Origin: the human T2T-CHM13v2.0 reference genome, Homo sapiens
Assembly (NCBI RefSeq): GCF_009914755.1
Contig: NC_060938.1
Length of the DNA stretch: 64,000 nucleotides
Direction: 5' to 3' (one strand)
Shown here piece by piece: positions 25,183 to 39,290 of the stretch. The notes beneath the pieces are model-generated. The model was given only the letters and a program-made list of their open reading frames with translations, had not been told where the DNA came from and made no database searches. The position numbers and the translations under genes are program-made. How positions within the stretch are numbered: position 1 is the stretch's first letter; the number at the start of each line of letters is the position of its first letter.

Positions 25183-28100
25183 GTGGATTTAACACCATTT
25201 TGTCCTTGTTTCCCATTTATGCCTCTCTCCAAAAATCCTGTGGCATATATATGATTTTGGGGCAAGATTCATCATTTCTCCCACTGGATGGAGTTTCCAA
25301 GCTCTGTCGCCAGCACCAAGAAGTCTTCAGAGCAAACTTTGTTGGCATTTCCATCAATTTTAATATTTAAATATTACCCTCTTTAGGGTCTCTGAGTTAA
25401 AAAGAACCACTTACTCCAGTGAGAGAATCCTCGATCTTACCTAGTGCTGAAAAGAAAAGGCACAAGGAGATTCTGCTCCTAAGTGGTCTGCACCCAGAGA
25501 GGCTGAGATAGATGCCTCTGAGAGAGAGATCATTAACAGCTGGACAACCCTTTAGAAAATGAAGGAGCCAAAAATGTAACTCTACAGAGTTAAATCATAC
25601 TCTGGTAACTCTTCCCCCCACTCCCGAGGTCTGACTAATCATTTCTTTACAGGTTCTTTCTCGAAGACTCCACAAAATAAATTTTTTTCCCCTAAGTCCT
25701 TGGTGCACTCTAGATGATCTCTTTGACTTGGATCTTATCACATCTGTGCCTGTCCAGAAATGATTTTCTGAAGCATATGTTCATGTGGTCTCTTCCTTCC
25801 CCAAATTGGAAAGTTTTGCATGCAGTAATTTTATTCCATTCTTTGATTTTTTTTTTCCTTTTGGCTTAAGTCAAAGTGATACAGAAATCCACATGGAGAA
25901 GAGTGGAATATAATTGCTACAGCCTTCAGACTGAATCCTCTCTTAGCCAGGATACGGCGGCTGTGTCCTCTTTTCCTCTCCGGCTCTTCTCTTCTCTCCC
26001 TATGCTCCCCCTATTAGTGACAGTTGTCAGAAACAGTCAGAAATAGGTTTAAGTGGCTAAGAGAGAGCACCAAGAGAACATTTAAGGAAGTATCTTGAGG
26101 TGAACCAGTTGATTCAACCATATATATCCAGCTGTGGGACACTCAGTCCCAAGTTCCAAGACATAAAACTTAGACCCATCTTGGACACAGGTCTCAGGAC
26201 TCCTTTAAGGATGTGAATTGCTCCAGAAGCTTTTTGTCTAGGGTCATATCTCTGTCAGTCTTCTGCCCAATGGGAATCTTAGTTTAACGTTTTAGTGGTG
26301 CTACAGAGGTTGAGTTACAGTCACATGACTCTAAATTCAGTTCTGTAATGCCAAAACTATCGCACTTTATTCTTTTTTGGAAGAGAGGCAGGAAGTGTGC
26401 AATGTAATCGTGATCCCTCCTCGGGCTCCCCTTCCATGATCCCAAATAGAACTCAGGTTGGAAACTGCAAAAGTGGTCTCAAGAAAACTGTTGTAAAGGG
26501 CATCCTGGTTCTTTGAATGTAAACTTGATCACATGCCCATAAATTTCTACAGAGTCCCAGATTCATCCCCAAGCTACTCTGGTGGATTATAAGATGAAAA
26601 GAGAGACACTCAACTCCATCCCTCACCAGGAAGAAGACTACCACTCTTTCTCATGCCTTCTGAACCTACTCTGATCAGCAAGAGATGATTGCCCCAAAAC
26701 TCCCACATGAGAATCATGAGAGGGGCCTTGTCTGAAAAGTGGAAGAAAAACTCAATAGTGAACTTTACCTGAGCATGGTACCGTCAGAAAGGAAACCAAA
26801 TTATTAAGCTCTGCCTCTGGATACTATACCATTGTCTGCTTTTCACTGACCACTGGCTCTTGAGACTGAAGCTGCATGAAAACTCCACTAGTCCAATTCA
26901 AATAACTTGTCATTATTTCCAGGTTCTTAATTCATCATAAACCCATAGATCTTTTCAAGCTCTTATGGTTCCTTTTAAACTTTAGTTTATAGAAGAGTAT
27001 ACCAGGTATTAGGCAGAAACTCTGGCATCAGAAAAGGGCTGGCTTGCCAGCACTTGAAGTGCAGATGAGTGATTTGATTTGGTTACACTATTTAAAGTTC
27101 TGAGTGCAGGGAACACCTTGCATAGCCAGAAACCATGTTTTCTGTTTATAGGTCAAATGACTAGCCTTGTAGAGAATCATAAAGATCATATTTGGATTTG
27201 GCCATCTCTTGCTAACATTCCTCCTGTGTTTGTAAACACTGCTGACTTTGACCCCAGTCTCTCACAAATCCATGACTGACACCAAACAGCCACAGAGGAG
27301 CTGCAGAACATAATGTGATTCTGTAATGCAAAACAGGATGACTTGCTAAGTGTGCAGATCTGGAGAGAATTCCTGACATAATCCTTCTTACGTCTTTCAT
27401 GATAATTATTTCCATCTTCAGAATACATGGAAACAGTGGTCCCTTGGACATTGTTTCTAGAGGCTGGACTGAAATCCCTTCTGCTGGGCTAACTGTATGT
27501 GATAAGGCACTGGGGCCATGAGTATGCCAGCAGAATGCAGTAGGACCTGCAAAGGTGAGAATGAGCTAAGAAAACCTAGCGACTAGCTGTGGAGATGCTG
27601 CAGCAGAAGGAAATGTATAAAATAGCAACTACTCTTCCAAATACTGGAAATCAGCTCTAGTCATAGCTTACTCATCCACGTACACATTTAAAACACTGAT
27701 TGAGAGCCTACTATGTGCCATAAGCATTTACAAGGGACTATGATTTGAAATGCATTAGTAATCTCACATTTTTAATAGTCATGCTAAAACAAATTCAGCT
27801 CACCTCTCAGAGCATAGACATAGAGTCTTCATAGTGGACTGGAAGTGTTTATTTAAAACATAGTTACTATTTTTAAACAGGTAAAAACATAGAACATTGG
27901 GAAAGGCTGAAAATGGGAGGGGCCTAACCCAATTAGTAAACAAAGGAAAAAGAATTGAATCCTGGTTCCTACCTAATCAGCGCTTCGTAGAAATGCAGTC
28001 TAGAACCAGCTCTCCCTAATTTCAGTTGTCAGGGCAGCCTTCACATAACGCTTCTTCCTAGGGAGTCAGCTCTGTAAAGCAGATGTGTAAAGATCCTTGT

Positions 28101-28412
28101 TTCTTTTAATTAAAAACCCCAGCCTACTGAAGTTTTGGGGAAACCAAGAAAGTGGGCATAAGGCTAAGGTCCTAAGTTATATTCCTTGCGTTCCATATCT
28201 AATGGACTTCCAGGAGAATGTCACCATGGTCATTTATACAGTCCTGCAGAATACCATGAGAAAGCAAAAGAGCATGATCGGATCCGGGGCAAGGATGGAA
28301 TCATGGACACATTTTACTCATATCATTGTCACCATTTGTACCTCAGAGATGAGAATTTCATATCTCAAAGACCTTATAATCAGTCCAATAAATAACTATT
28401 TCTTGACTTTGT

Positions 28413-28423
28413 TGCTGAGTCAT
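28413..28423 (-). promoter_or_regulatory. Perfect ARE / NF-E2 / CNC-sMAF motif (TGCTGAGTCAT on +)
   Basis: Exact match with a T-rich flank on the MAF side; function not shown. Confidence 0.45.
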
Positions 28424-28479
28424 ATAATATAATCCAAAACAATAGAGAGGAGTAAAAAGTGGAGGCTTGAACCCAGGGA

Positions 28480-28700
28480 AGAATAAAATAATAGCATGAC
28501 AATAAACACCCATATCTGTAGAACACTACTGTGTGCCGTTTTTTAAAATTAAACATCATTTCATTTTTTTTCTTACAACAATCCTATGAGCTAGACATTA
28601 TTAATCCTTCTGGCATCTAGGACAAAGGAGTGATGGAGAACAAGATTTGCCTAAAATTCCACTGATCCCACACTTCTAAGACCGGTACTCCTTCCCTCAC
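28480..28700 (-). mobile_element. MIR SINE (degenerate)
   Basis: cttacaacaatcctatgagctagacattattaatcc MIR core. Confidence 0.6.
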
Positions 28701-28890
28701 AAGGCACTGTTGAAGTTGTGTTTGGAGACTTTGCACAGTAAAATACATATACAGTTCAGGGAAATATGCAATGTGGAAATGATATTTTTACCTTTGCATA
28801 GCCATAATAGTACCAAATCCTCATTTATACAGGGATCTTATAACATGCAATGCAACATCTGAAAACTAATATTTTGCCACTTCCCTGTGA

Positions 28891-29224
<334 letters not shown>

Positions 29225-29990
29225 AATACATAAATTTTAATAACTGTGTAGTCTGTACCAGATACAGAGAAAAACTTACTCTCCAACAGTCCAGGAAACC
29301 TAATCTAATCCAAGACTTAAGACTACAGCTGCTTTGCTCAAATTTCTTATCTTTATCTTTTCTTCTCTCTTAGGAAATGTTAAATATGACCTTAGAAACT
29401 CCATACACTTTCTTTTTACATGGCAACTACTCTGCCCCATATGCTAGAAAGAACAAAATTGATGTTGCTGTTATCTTTGCATGGAAATGCAATTCTAAGT
29501 CCTTCACAATATGGAATGCACTGAATAATGGATTATCAGGCTTTGCAGATGATATTTTACCAGTCCTTCAATGGTAATTTACTAAGCCCACTTCACATAG
29601 AGAGAAAACAAAGGTCCACCCAGAAATAGTTTAAGGTGAGAAATTTGTGGTAGAAGTGTTGGCCGAACAAAATCTTTCAGGTAATATTTTATTACCAACA
29701 TATCTTTATATCTTTTCAGAAAGCCAGATCTAGATAACATATAGTACAGCTAAAAAATCCAGATACTACATATTATCTAGCTAAAAAGAAAGACATACAA
29801 CTGAGAGAGACAAGGTAATTTGATTTTTTAATTTTTAATTAAAGGACATCCTAAAATTAAATATGATAATTTTTTAAAAAAGAAAAAGCTAAGCATGAGC
29901 TGAACCTGAAATCAGAAAGCTCTTTAGATGAGAAGCTTCTTCAGAGTTCTTATGAACAATACGTTTCAAGTCTGCTAAAAAGAATAATTA

Positions 29991-30317
<327 letters not shown>

Positions 30318-30628
30318 TTAACAAATTCATAGTAAGCATGGACCATTACGCAGGAATCATGCTAGGTACTAAGTAAGTGGTTAAAAGGATACCAAGAAAT
30401 TTAAGAGTTATGTATTGCCACTGAGGAATTTATAATCTCTAAGAACAGTGACTATCTTCTTTTTGCTATTTTCCTCTTTTCTAGTAAAGAAATGTAATAA
30501 CACAAAATTAGACCAATTTTGGTTAGCTTATCTAGCACAGAATGGAGGTGTAACTTAATCATTTAAGTCTGAAAAAATGGTATGCTGAACTAGGAATCTT
30601 AGATTTTTCTATAGGTTCTTGGTTAAAA

Positions 30629-30821
30629 ATATACATATAATGTATGTGTGTATATATACTTTATACATATGTGTGTATATATATAATGTATGTGTGTATA
30701 TATATATTTTATACATATGTGTATATATATAATGTGTGTGTATATATTTTATACATATGTGTATATGTATACACATATCATATATTTTTTACCTAGATAT
30801 ACACACATATATATATATATT
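30629..30821. repeat. Degenerate (TA/TG) minisatellite with a higher-order unit of about 40-46 bp
   Basis: Block tataatgt(at)gtgtgtatatata...tttatacatatgtgt occurs three times. Confidence 0.88.
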
Positions 30822-31060
30822 AGAAAGGTCAAGGCTTATATTTAACTAGGATAAGTCTTTTAAAATTCTACTTCCCACTTTCCATTTTAAGTTTAGGAAA
30901 ATAATATATGCCACATCTTTCCTCACCTAAGGAAATAGCTAAATATTTAAACTTTCTTTTGAGGCAGAAACCTTAAAAATATAATGTACTTTAATTATCA
31001 TCACATAGTAATTGTACAGTTAAAAATAGAAGGAAAGGAAGGGAGAGCTTGGTATTCAAC

Positions 31061-31130
31061 AAGTTACTATAATGCTAAGGGTTAATACATTGCTGGGTTA
31101 ATACATTGCTAAGTTAATATATTGCTAAGT
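31061..31130. repeat. 16-18 bp tandem repeat (RRGTTAATACATTGCT, about 4 copies)
   Basis: Units at 31061, 31077, 31095 and 31111. Confidence 0.9.
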
Positions 31131-32009
31131 CATTCATTAATGACTGAATGGCTCCTCTCAGCTTACAGTTCAGCAATTCACAATTGATTTCTATTTTTAT
31201 AAAATTATGTCATCATAAATATTCTATTTAGATTTAGAGTTTGTCTTAAAACACTTTGAACTTCACTCCAGTTAACGAAGGGAAAAATATACAAAGAAAG
31301 CCAATTGTTTAATATACTTCTTGAGATAAAATATGAAATTAAAATTTGAATACAGTCCAACTATTACAGCAATATTGGATCAGAAGCTAAACTTTAATGA
31401 CAACCGAGATGAAGAAGGTAGGTTCAAAATGTTTGTTCTAAGAAAACCTACCCACTTACAGAATTAGACACCATTCCAGGAAAACTTAGCATGGGGCAGG
31501 AAGTACTGGGGAGGGGTGGGTAGTACAAATTAGAAGCTATGAGGAATACCAAAGAGTTAAGAGACAAGATTTTTCCTTTTGGAGTTTACTACCTTTTTAA
31601 GAACAAAAGAAACATGTGAAGTGACCAAAGAACATCTTCACAGAGTAGAAGCGAGATGGGAGGGAGGACAAAATTCAGGGAAGAGGCAATCAGTGACACC
31701 TGTCTTCACTGTCTTTCAATAATGTCAATAAATCTCAAATACTGGGGATGAGTGGTAAAAGATTCTTGGGAGATTAAGAAGAATAGAGTTAAAAATCTAT
31801 ATGCAGATATGAATTTTCCTTCCGTAACCCTGGAATAGATTATCATAATGGTAATTTTTCAATACATGGTTATCTGTTAGTGCCACTATTATTATTTTTA
31901 TAAAAATTATAATCAGATTGTATATTAATGATAAAGAGTAACTTCACACAGCCCTACTAATCTTCCCTAATTTGAAGGGGTCATTGCTTAAATAATGGTA
32001 GGTCATAGG

Positions 32010-32130
32010 TAGGGTGACCACATGATCTGGTTGACTAAGACAGTCTTAGTTTGCACCAATTGTCAATAATTGAGCACTCTTCTGTTCTCATAATTATCCT
32101 GATTTGGATGATGAGTACTATGGTGATCTA
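32010..32130. mobile_element. MER94-like hAT-Blackjack MITE
   Basis: TIRs tagggtgacca / tggtgatcta and a perfect 8 bp TSD gtcatagg (32002-32009, 32131-32138). Confidence 0.85.
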
Positions 32131-32599
32131 GTCATAGGACAGATTAAGAAATTTCTAACTGGAATCTCCTTTATCCCCACCAATTAGTAGCCTTTCAAAA
32201 GCAGCACAGTGGGCAAGGACAGGAGTGGACTTACCAGAACACAAACTTAGAGGCAATGTTTCCTCCAGGGCTCAACTTCTCCCGGATGCTAGAAGCATTG
32301 GTATCCAGCAGGTAAACACATCTCCACCTGTAACTGAAGTGGAGGACAGGTAAATGTAGATATCAAGAGTTGGCCCCACCATAGAAGGTGTCACCAAAGA
32401 TGGAGAAGAAAGCACAGATCCTGGTCAATCCATGATTCTTTCACTTCCTTAAAGGTGCTGAATCACTGAACTGATGATATAAACTTAAATCAATCAGAAC
32501 CTCACCTTAAGAGATGAGAGAAGAATTCAAACACAACCCAGAAAATGGCAAGGGAATCCAAGGAAACCTCACTAATACTCTTTTGGGGGCAAATCCAAA

Positions 32600-33540
32600 C
32601 TTCAGATAGCTTCTTATCCTATAATTATTAACCTTAAAATAATAACAATAATATAAAATAAGACATGGTAGAGAGCTATGTTTTAGAAATAATTAATTAT
32701 AAGTAACTCAGGTCAAGTTTAAATAACCTCTGCTTAATATACTCAAGGAAATTCAGGAATAAAAGATATCTGTGAAACAAGAGATAAAGTGAGAAGAAAA
32801 CCAACTGAAATGAAAATGAAGGGGGCTAAGAGGCACAAAAATGTTTCTAAAACTACAGAAAAATAGAACACTTTGAATAAACATAAGTAAATTTAGTATT
32901 AGCTTTGAAATTAACATATAAATAGTAAAAATTAGAATTAACCTAGTAAAAGCAAAATCAATGATATAGAAGGCAGAACTAAGAAGCATTCTGTGAATGG
33001 TAAAAAAGGCAAGGAAATTAAATCAACAAGAGTGAAGATTACAGACGAGAAAATTGACAAAGGAAAACTAATCAGTACATATAAAGACAAATGGAACAGA
33101 TTGAACAAAGATAAAAAAGAAGAAAATTTTCTTAATATGAGAAAGCTATCATTATATAGATTAAAATACCATACCATTAATCAGATAAATTTAATAAAAA
33201 GAAAATAAACCTAGACTTTAATGAAAATTAAGTTTTAAGTAAAAATAATCCTAAAATCATTAAGACAAAAAAATTTACCTATTAGACATTTTTCTACACT
33301 CAATGCTGGAATATCATGAAGTGGCAACAATTTTATAAAAGGCTCTTACCCACAATTTTACATTAAGCAGCACAAAGAGATTCTCAGATATATACAAATT
33401 TACAATTATAATGATTAACCTATTTTTCTTCAAAGTTATACCCTCAAAATGAAATAAAATAAAAGATCAGAAAATATAGAAATAGTGATAGCAAATGACA
33501 TGTGGTAACTGGAAGACATTTACACATAAAACTAATTTAA
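32600..33540 (+). mobile_element. Very old L1 (L1ME/HAL1-like) ORF1 region, host of the nested cluster
   Basis: A-rich, degenerate ORF1-like sequence (aaataaacctagac...aatgaaaatt); seems to resume at about 37515. Confidence 0.55.
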
Positions 33541-36168
33541 GGGGTGGAATAATTTAAGACGGCGAATAGAAGCCTACATTGTCTGTAACGCCCACAGGAA
33601 CATCAAATTTTAACAACTATCTGTGCACAGAAAAGCCCCATCACAAGAACCAAAAATCAGGTGAGCAATCACAGTACCTAGTTTTAACTTCATATCATTG
33701 AAAGAGGCATTGAGGAAGGTCAGAGACACAGTCGTGAATCACCAAAGCCACTCTTACCCTACACCCTGGCAGCAGCTGTGCAGCACAGACAGTCTGTGCA
33801 CTTGACAGACGGATGGTGCAGTGACTGGGGAACATTACATTGAACTCAGTGCTGACCTGATGTAGCAAAGAGTAAAGATGTGCTGGGCCCAGCCAGTGCC
33901 TGTGCAAGAAGGGAGCATTTGGACAAGAGCTAGCTAGAGGGGAATTGCCCATTTCAGCAATCAGAACTCGAGTTTCTTAGCAAGCCTTGCCACCGCAGGC
34001 CAAAGTGCCCTGGGGTCCTAGGTAAACTTGAAAGACAATCTAGGACACAAGGACTACAATTCCTAGGCAACTCTCTAGTGCTGGGCCGGGCTCAGAGCCA
34101 GAAGACTAGGGTGGCATGTGACCTAGGGAGACACCAGCCAGGGCAGCTAAAGGAATGCTTGTGCCATCCATCCCCCAAACCCAGGCAGTGTGGCTCACAG
34201 CCACAACATTGTCTCTTTTCTTCTATTTAAGGGATGAAGGCAAAGAGTAAAGAAAATTTTGACTTGCATTTTGGATTCTAGCTCAGCTGCAATATGATAG
34301 GACACCAGGCAGAGTCATGAGGCCCCCATTTCAAGCCCTAGCTCTCAAAAGACATTTCTAGACCAAAGAGAACTTGCTGCCTTGAAGGTAGGACCCAGTC
34401 CTGGCAACATTCATCACTGGTTGACTAAACAGCTCTTGGGTCGTAAATAACCAGCAGTGATAGCCAGGTAGCATATCATGGGCCTTGGGGTCTGAGACAT
34501 GCTAACTACAGAAGTGACCCAGCACATTCCCAGTTGTGGTGGTTGCAGAGACTCCTTGAGTTTGGGAAAAGCAGAGGAAAAAGTAAAGGGGACTTTGTCT
34601 TGCACCTTAGGTAGCAGCTTGGCCCCAGTCAGGTAGAGCAACAAGCAGGACTTTGGAATCCCCAAGTCTAGGCTTAGGCTCTTGGACAGCATTTCTGGGC
34701 CTTCCCTGGGCTACCGGGGAGTCCAGTTCCCTGAAGGGTGAATCCCAGGCTTGACAATGTTCACCATAAGCTGACTGAAGAGCTCTTGGATTTTAAGTGA
34801 ACATTGGTGGTGGCCTGGAAGAACCACCCTGCCGCAAGGGGCCCATGCTGGTGGTACCCACTGGGAGAGGCCCCTCTGCCTGCAGAAAGGGAAAGGAAGA
34901 GTGGGAAGGACTTTATATTGTGGTTTGAGTGCTACTGTAACCATAGTATGATAGACCATAGGGCAAATTTCTAACATTTTTTACTGTAATTCCTGGCTCC
35001 CAGACAACATCTCTGAGCCCACCCAATGTCTGGGGAACTTGCTGCCCTGAAAGGAAGAACATAAACCTGGCTGGCTTCACCACCTGCTGATTATAGGGCC
35101 TTAGGGTCTTGAGTGCACATAATGGGTAGACAGGTAATGATTACAGTGTGCCTTGGACAAGACCTAGTGCTGTGCTGGCTTCAGGTCTGACCCAGCACAG
35201 CCCCAGTGGTGATCGCCATAGGGATGTTTGCACCATCACACACCCAGTTACAGATGGCTCAGCACAGAGAAAGAGACTGCATTTGCTTGAGAGAAAGTAA
35301 GGGAAAAGAACAATAGTCTCTGCCTGGTAATCCAGAGAATTCTTCCAGGTCTTATCCAAGACCACCAAGGCAGTACCTCTTTGAGTCTACAAAAACTCAC
35401 AGCTATATTGGCTTGGGTCCCAAGTCTCTCTGAATATCTGAAAAGCCTTCTGAAGAAGGATGGGCACAAACAAGCCCAGAATGTAAAAACTACAATAAAG
35501 ATCTAACTCTTCAATGCCCAGACACCGACAAATATCTACAAGCATCAAGATCACCTAGGAAAATGTGACCTCACCAAACAAACTAAATAAGGTACTAGGG
35601 ACCAATGCTGGAGAAAGAAAGACATGTGACTTTTCAGTCAGGGAATTAAAAATACCTATGTTGGGCAAACTCAAAGAAATTCCAGATGACACAGAGAAGG
35701 AATTCAGAATTCTCTGAGATAAATTTAACCAAAAGATTAAAATAATTTAAAAGAATCAAGCACACATGCTAGAGTCAAAAATGCAATTGATGTACTGAAG
35801 AATGCATCAGAGACACTTACTAGCAGAATTGATCAAACAGAAGAAAGAATTAGTGAGCTTGAAGGCAGGTTATTCAAACTCTCTGGCTGAAAATACCCAG
35901 TCAGAAGATATAAAAGGAAAAAGAATAAAAAACAAAAAACATGCCCACAGGACCTAGAAAATAGCCTCAAAAGGGCAAATCTAAGAGTTACTGAACTTAA
36001 AGAGGAGATAGAGAAAAAGATAGGGGTAGAAAGTTTATTCAAAGGGATAATATCAGAGAACTTTCCAAACTTAAAGACATTGACATTCAAGTACAAGAAG
36101 GTTATAGAACACCAAGCAGATTTAACCTAAAGAAGACTACCTCAAGGTATCTAATAAATCAAACTCCC
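33541..36168 (+). mobile_element. L1MA1-4-type 5' UTR and ORF1
   Basis: Start ggggtggaataatttaagacggcgaatagaag, long GC-richer 5' UTR, then ORF1 text caagtacaagaaggttatagaacaccaagcagatttaacc. Confidence 0.85.
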
Positions 36169-36518
36169 TGATATGGTTTGGCTGTGTCCCCACCCAAATC
36201 TCATCTTGAATTATAGCTCCCATTATCCCCACATGCCATGGGAGGGACATGGGAGGAGGTAATTGAATCATGGGGTTGGGTTTTCCTGTGCTGTTCTCGT
36301 GATAGTGAACAAGTCTCATGAGATCCGATGGTTTTATAAATGGCAGTTCTCCTTCACATGCTGTCTTGTCTGCTGCCCTGTAAGACATGCCTTGCTCCTC
36401 TTTTGTCTTCTGCCATGATTGTGAGACCTCCCTAGCTATATGGAATTAAACCTCTTTCCTTTATAAATTACCCATTCTCAGGTATATCTTTATTAGCAGC
36501 ATGAGAATGAATAATACA
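36169..36518 (+). mobile_element. THE1 (B/C/D) 5' LTR
   Basis: tgatatggtttggctgtgtccccacccaaatctcatcttgaatt ... gaataataca. Confidence 0.92.
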
Positions 36519-37165
36519 ATAAATTGGTACTGGGTAGTGGGGCACTGCTATAAAGATACCCCAAAATGTGGAAGTAACTTTGGAACTGGGTAACAGGGAG
36601 AGGTTGGAAAAGTTTGGAGGGCTCAGAAGAAGATAGGAAAATGTGGGAAACCTTGGAACTTCCTAGAGAATAGCTTTGACCAAAATGCTGATAGTGATAT
36701 GGATAATAAGGTCCAGGCTGAGGTGGTCTTAGATGGAGATGAGGAACTTTCTGGGAGCTGGAGCAAAGGTCACTCTTGCTATGCAAAGAGACTGGTGGCA
36801 GTTTGCCCCTGCCCTAGAAATCTGTGGAACTTTTGAACTTGATTTAGGGTATGATTAGGGTATCTGGGGAAGAAACTTCTAAGCAGCAAAGCATTCAAGA
36901 GGAAGGAGAGCATTAAAGTTTGGAAAATTTGCAGCCTGACAATGTGATAGAAAAGAAAAACCCATTTTCTGGGGAGAAATTCAAGTCAGCTGCAGAAATT
37001 TGCATAAGTAACAAGGAGCCAAATGCTAATCACCCAGACAATGGGGAAAATATCTCCAGGGCATGTCAGAGGCCTTCACAGCAGCCCCTCCCATCACAGG
37101 CCTGGAGGCCTAGGAGGAAAACATGTTTTTGTGGACCAGACCCAGGGCATCTCTGCTCTATGCAG
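36519..37165 (+). mobile_element. THE1 internal sequence, truncated
   Basis: aaattggtactgggtagtggggcactgct follows the LTR directly; ORF 36920 ENLQPDNVIEKKNPFSGEKFK is typical MaLR-int. Confidence 0.9.
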
Positions 37166-37505
37166 ACAGAGAGTAGAATGTTGGTTACCAGAGGCTGGGA
37201 AGGGCAATGGGAGCTGTCGGGGAGGTAAGGATGGTTAATGGGTACAGAAAAATAGTTTGAAAGATACCTAGCATTTCATAGCACAACAGGGTGACTATAG
37301 TCAAAATAATTTAATTGTACATTTTTAAAATAACTAAAAGAGTATGATTGGATTGTTTGTAACACAAAGAATAAATGCCTGAGGGGTTGGATACCCTAAT
37401 TGCCCTGAAGTAATTATTATGCATTGCATGCCTGTATCAAAATACCTCATATATCACATAAATATATACATCCACTATATACCCACAAAGGTTAAAAATA
37501 AAAAC
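37166..37505 (+). mobile_element. L1MA2/L1MA3-like 3' UTR end
   Basis: agagagtagaatgttggttaccagaggctggga...gcacaacagggtgactatagtc...gcatgcctgtatcaaaat and A-tail. Confidence 0.88.
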
Positions 37506-37514
37506 ATTTTCAAG

Positions 37515-38060
37515 CCAAAATATTAAATAATAGATATCATACTAAAAGCAATATTTTAGTAATAATTAACATAATCTAATTATTTCTATTATAAATTCAA
37601 TAAAAATTGGATGGGAAATTCAATGAGAAAGAGGAGGTTTAAAGCAAATGAAGGTAGATGTTTTGCACATTATAAATATAAAAAATCATGTGTGTTTTTT
37701 GATTATCTGTTGTTAAATTCTAGATAAATTGAATTAGGACATAAAACTTTAAATGAAAAATAAATGCAGTTAGCATGACAAAGTATTGATTAACAAAGGA
37801 ACAATCAAGAGGACAGTAAAGGAAATATGAAATAAGGTAACAGAAGTGAGAACAAATACAGTTCTGATAATAATGCTTAACTACAATTTAAAGAAAAACA
37901 GCACCCAGAATGAGTCAAAAATAAATATACATATCAGTTGGATAAATGTTTAAAGTAACTGAATGAATAGAGACACACACAACCACTGCAAACTAAAATA
38001 TAAAATATCTCAATATATTTACATCAGATGAAATAAAATTCAAGTCAAAACATTTTTTAA
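37515..38060 (+). mobile_element. Old L1ME inter-ORF / ORF2 start fragment
   Basis: Degenerate text catcagatgaaataaaattcaagtcaaaa resembles the L1 endonuclease N-terminus. Confidence 0.5.
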
Positions 38061-38592
38061 AATGTAAACTACTGAGAACAGAGATACAACATATCAGAAT
38101 TTCTGGGACGCAGCTAAGACAGTGTTTAGAAGGGAAATTTATAGCACTAAATGCTTACATTAAAAGGTTAAAAAGACCTCAAAGTAATAACCTAACATCA
38201 CAACTGGAATAACTGGAGAAACAAGAGCAAACTAACCCCAAAGCAAGCAGAAGACAAGAAATAACCAAAATCAGAGCTGAACTGAAGGAAATTTAAAGGC
38301 AAAAAAACATACAAAAGATCAGTGAATATAGTAGTTGGTTCTTTGAAACCATTAATAAAAGAGACCACTAGCTAGTCTAATAAAGCAAAAGAGAAGATCT
38401 AAATAAACACAATTAGAAATGACAAAGGCAACATTACCACTGACCCCCACAGAAATACAAAAGCCCCTCAGAAACTACTACAAACACCTCTATGCACACA
38501 AACTAGAAAATGTAGAAGAAATGAATAAATTCCCAGACACATACAATCTCCCAAGACTGAACCAGAAAGAAATTGAATCCTTAAACAGACTA

Positions 38593-39290
<698 letters not shown>

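Noticed and set aside
25212-25224. Exact 13 bp match CCCATTTATGCCT to the MER85/PGBD3 TIR
   Set aside because: There is no TTAA flank and no further MER85 sequence, so it is most likely chance
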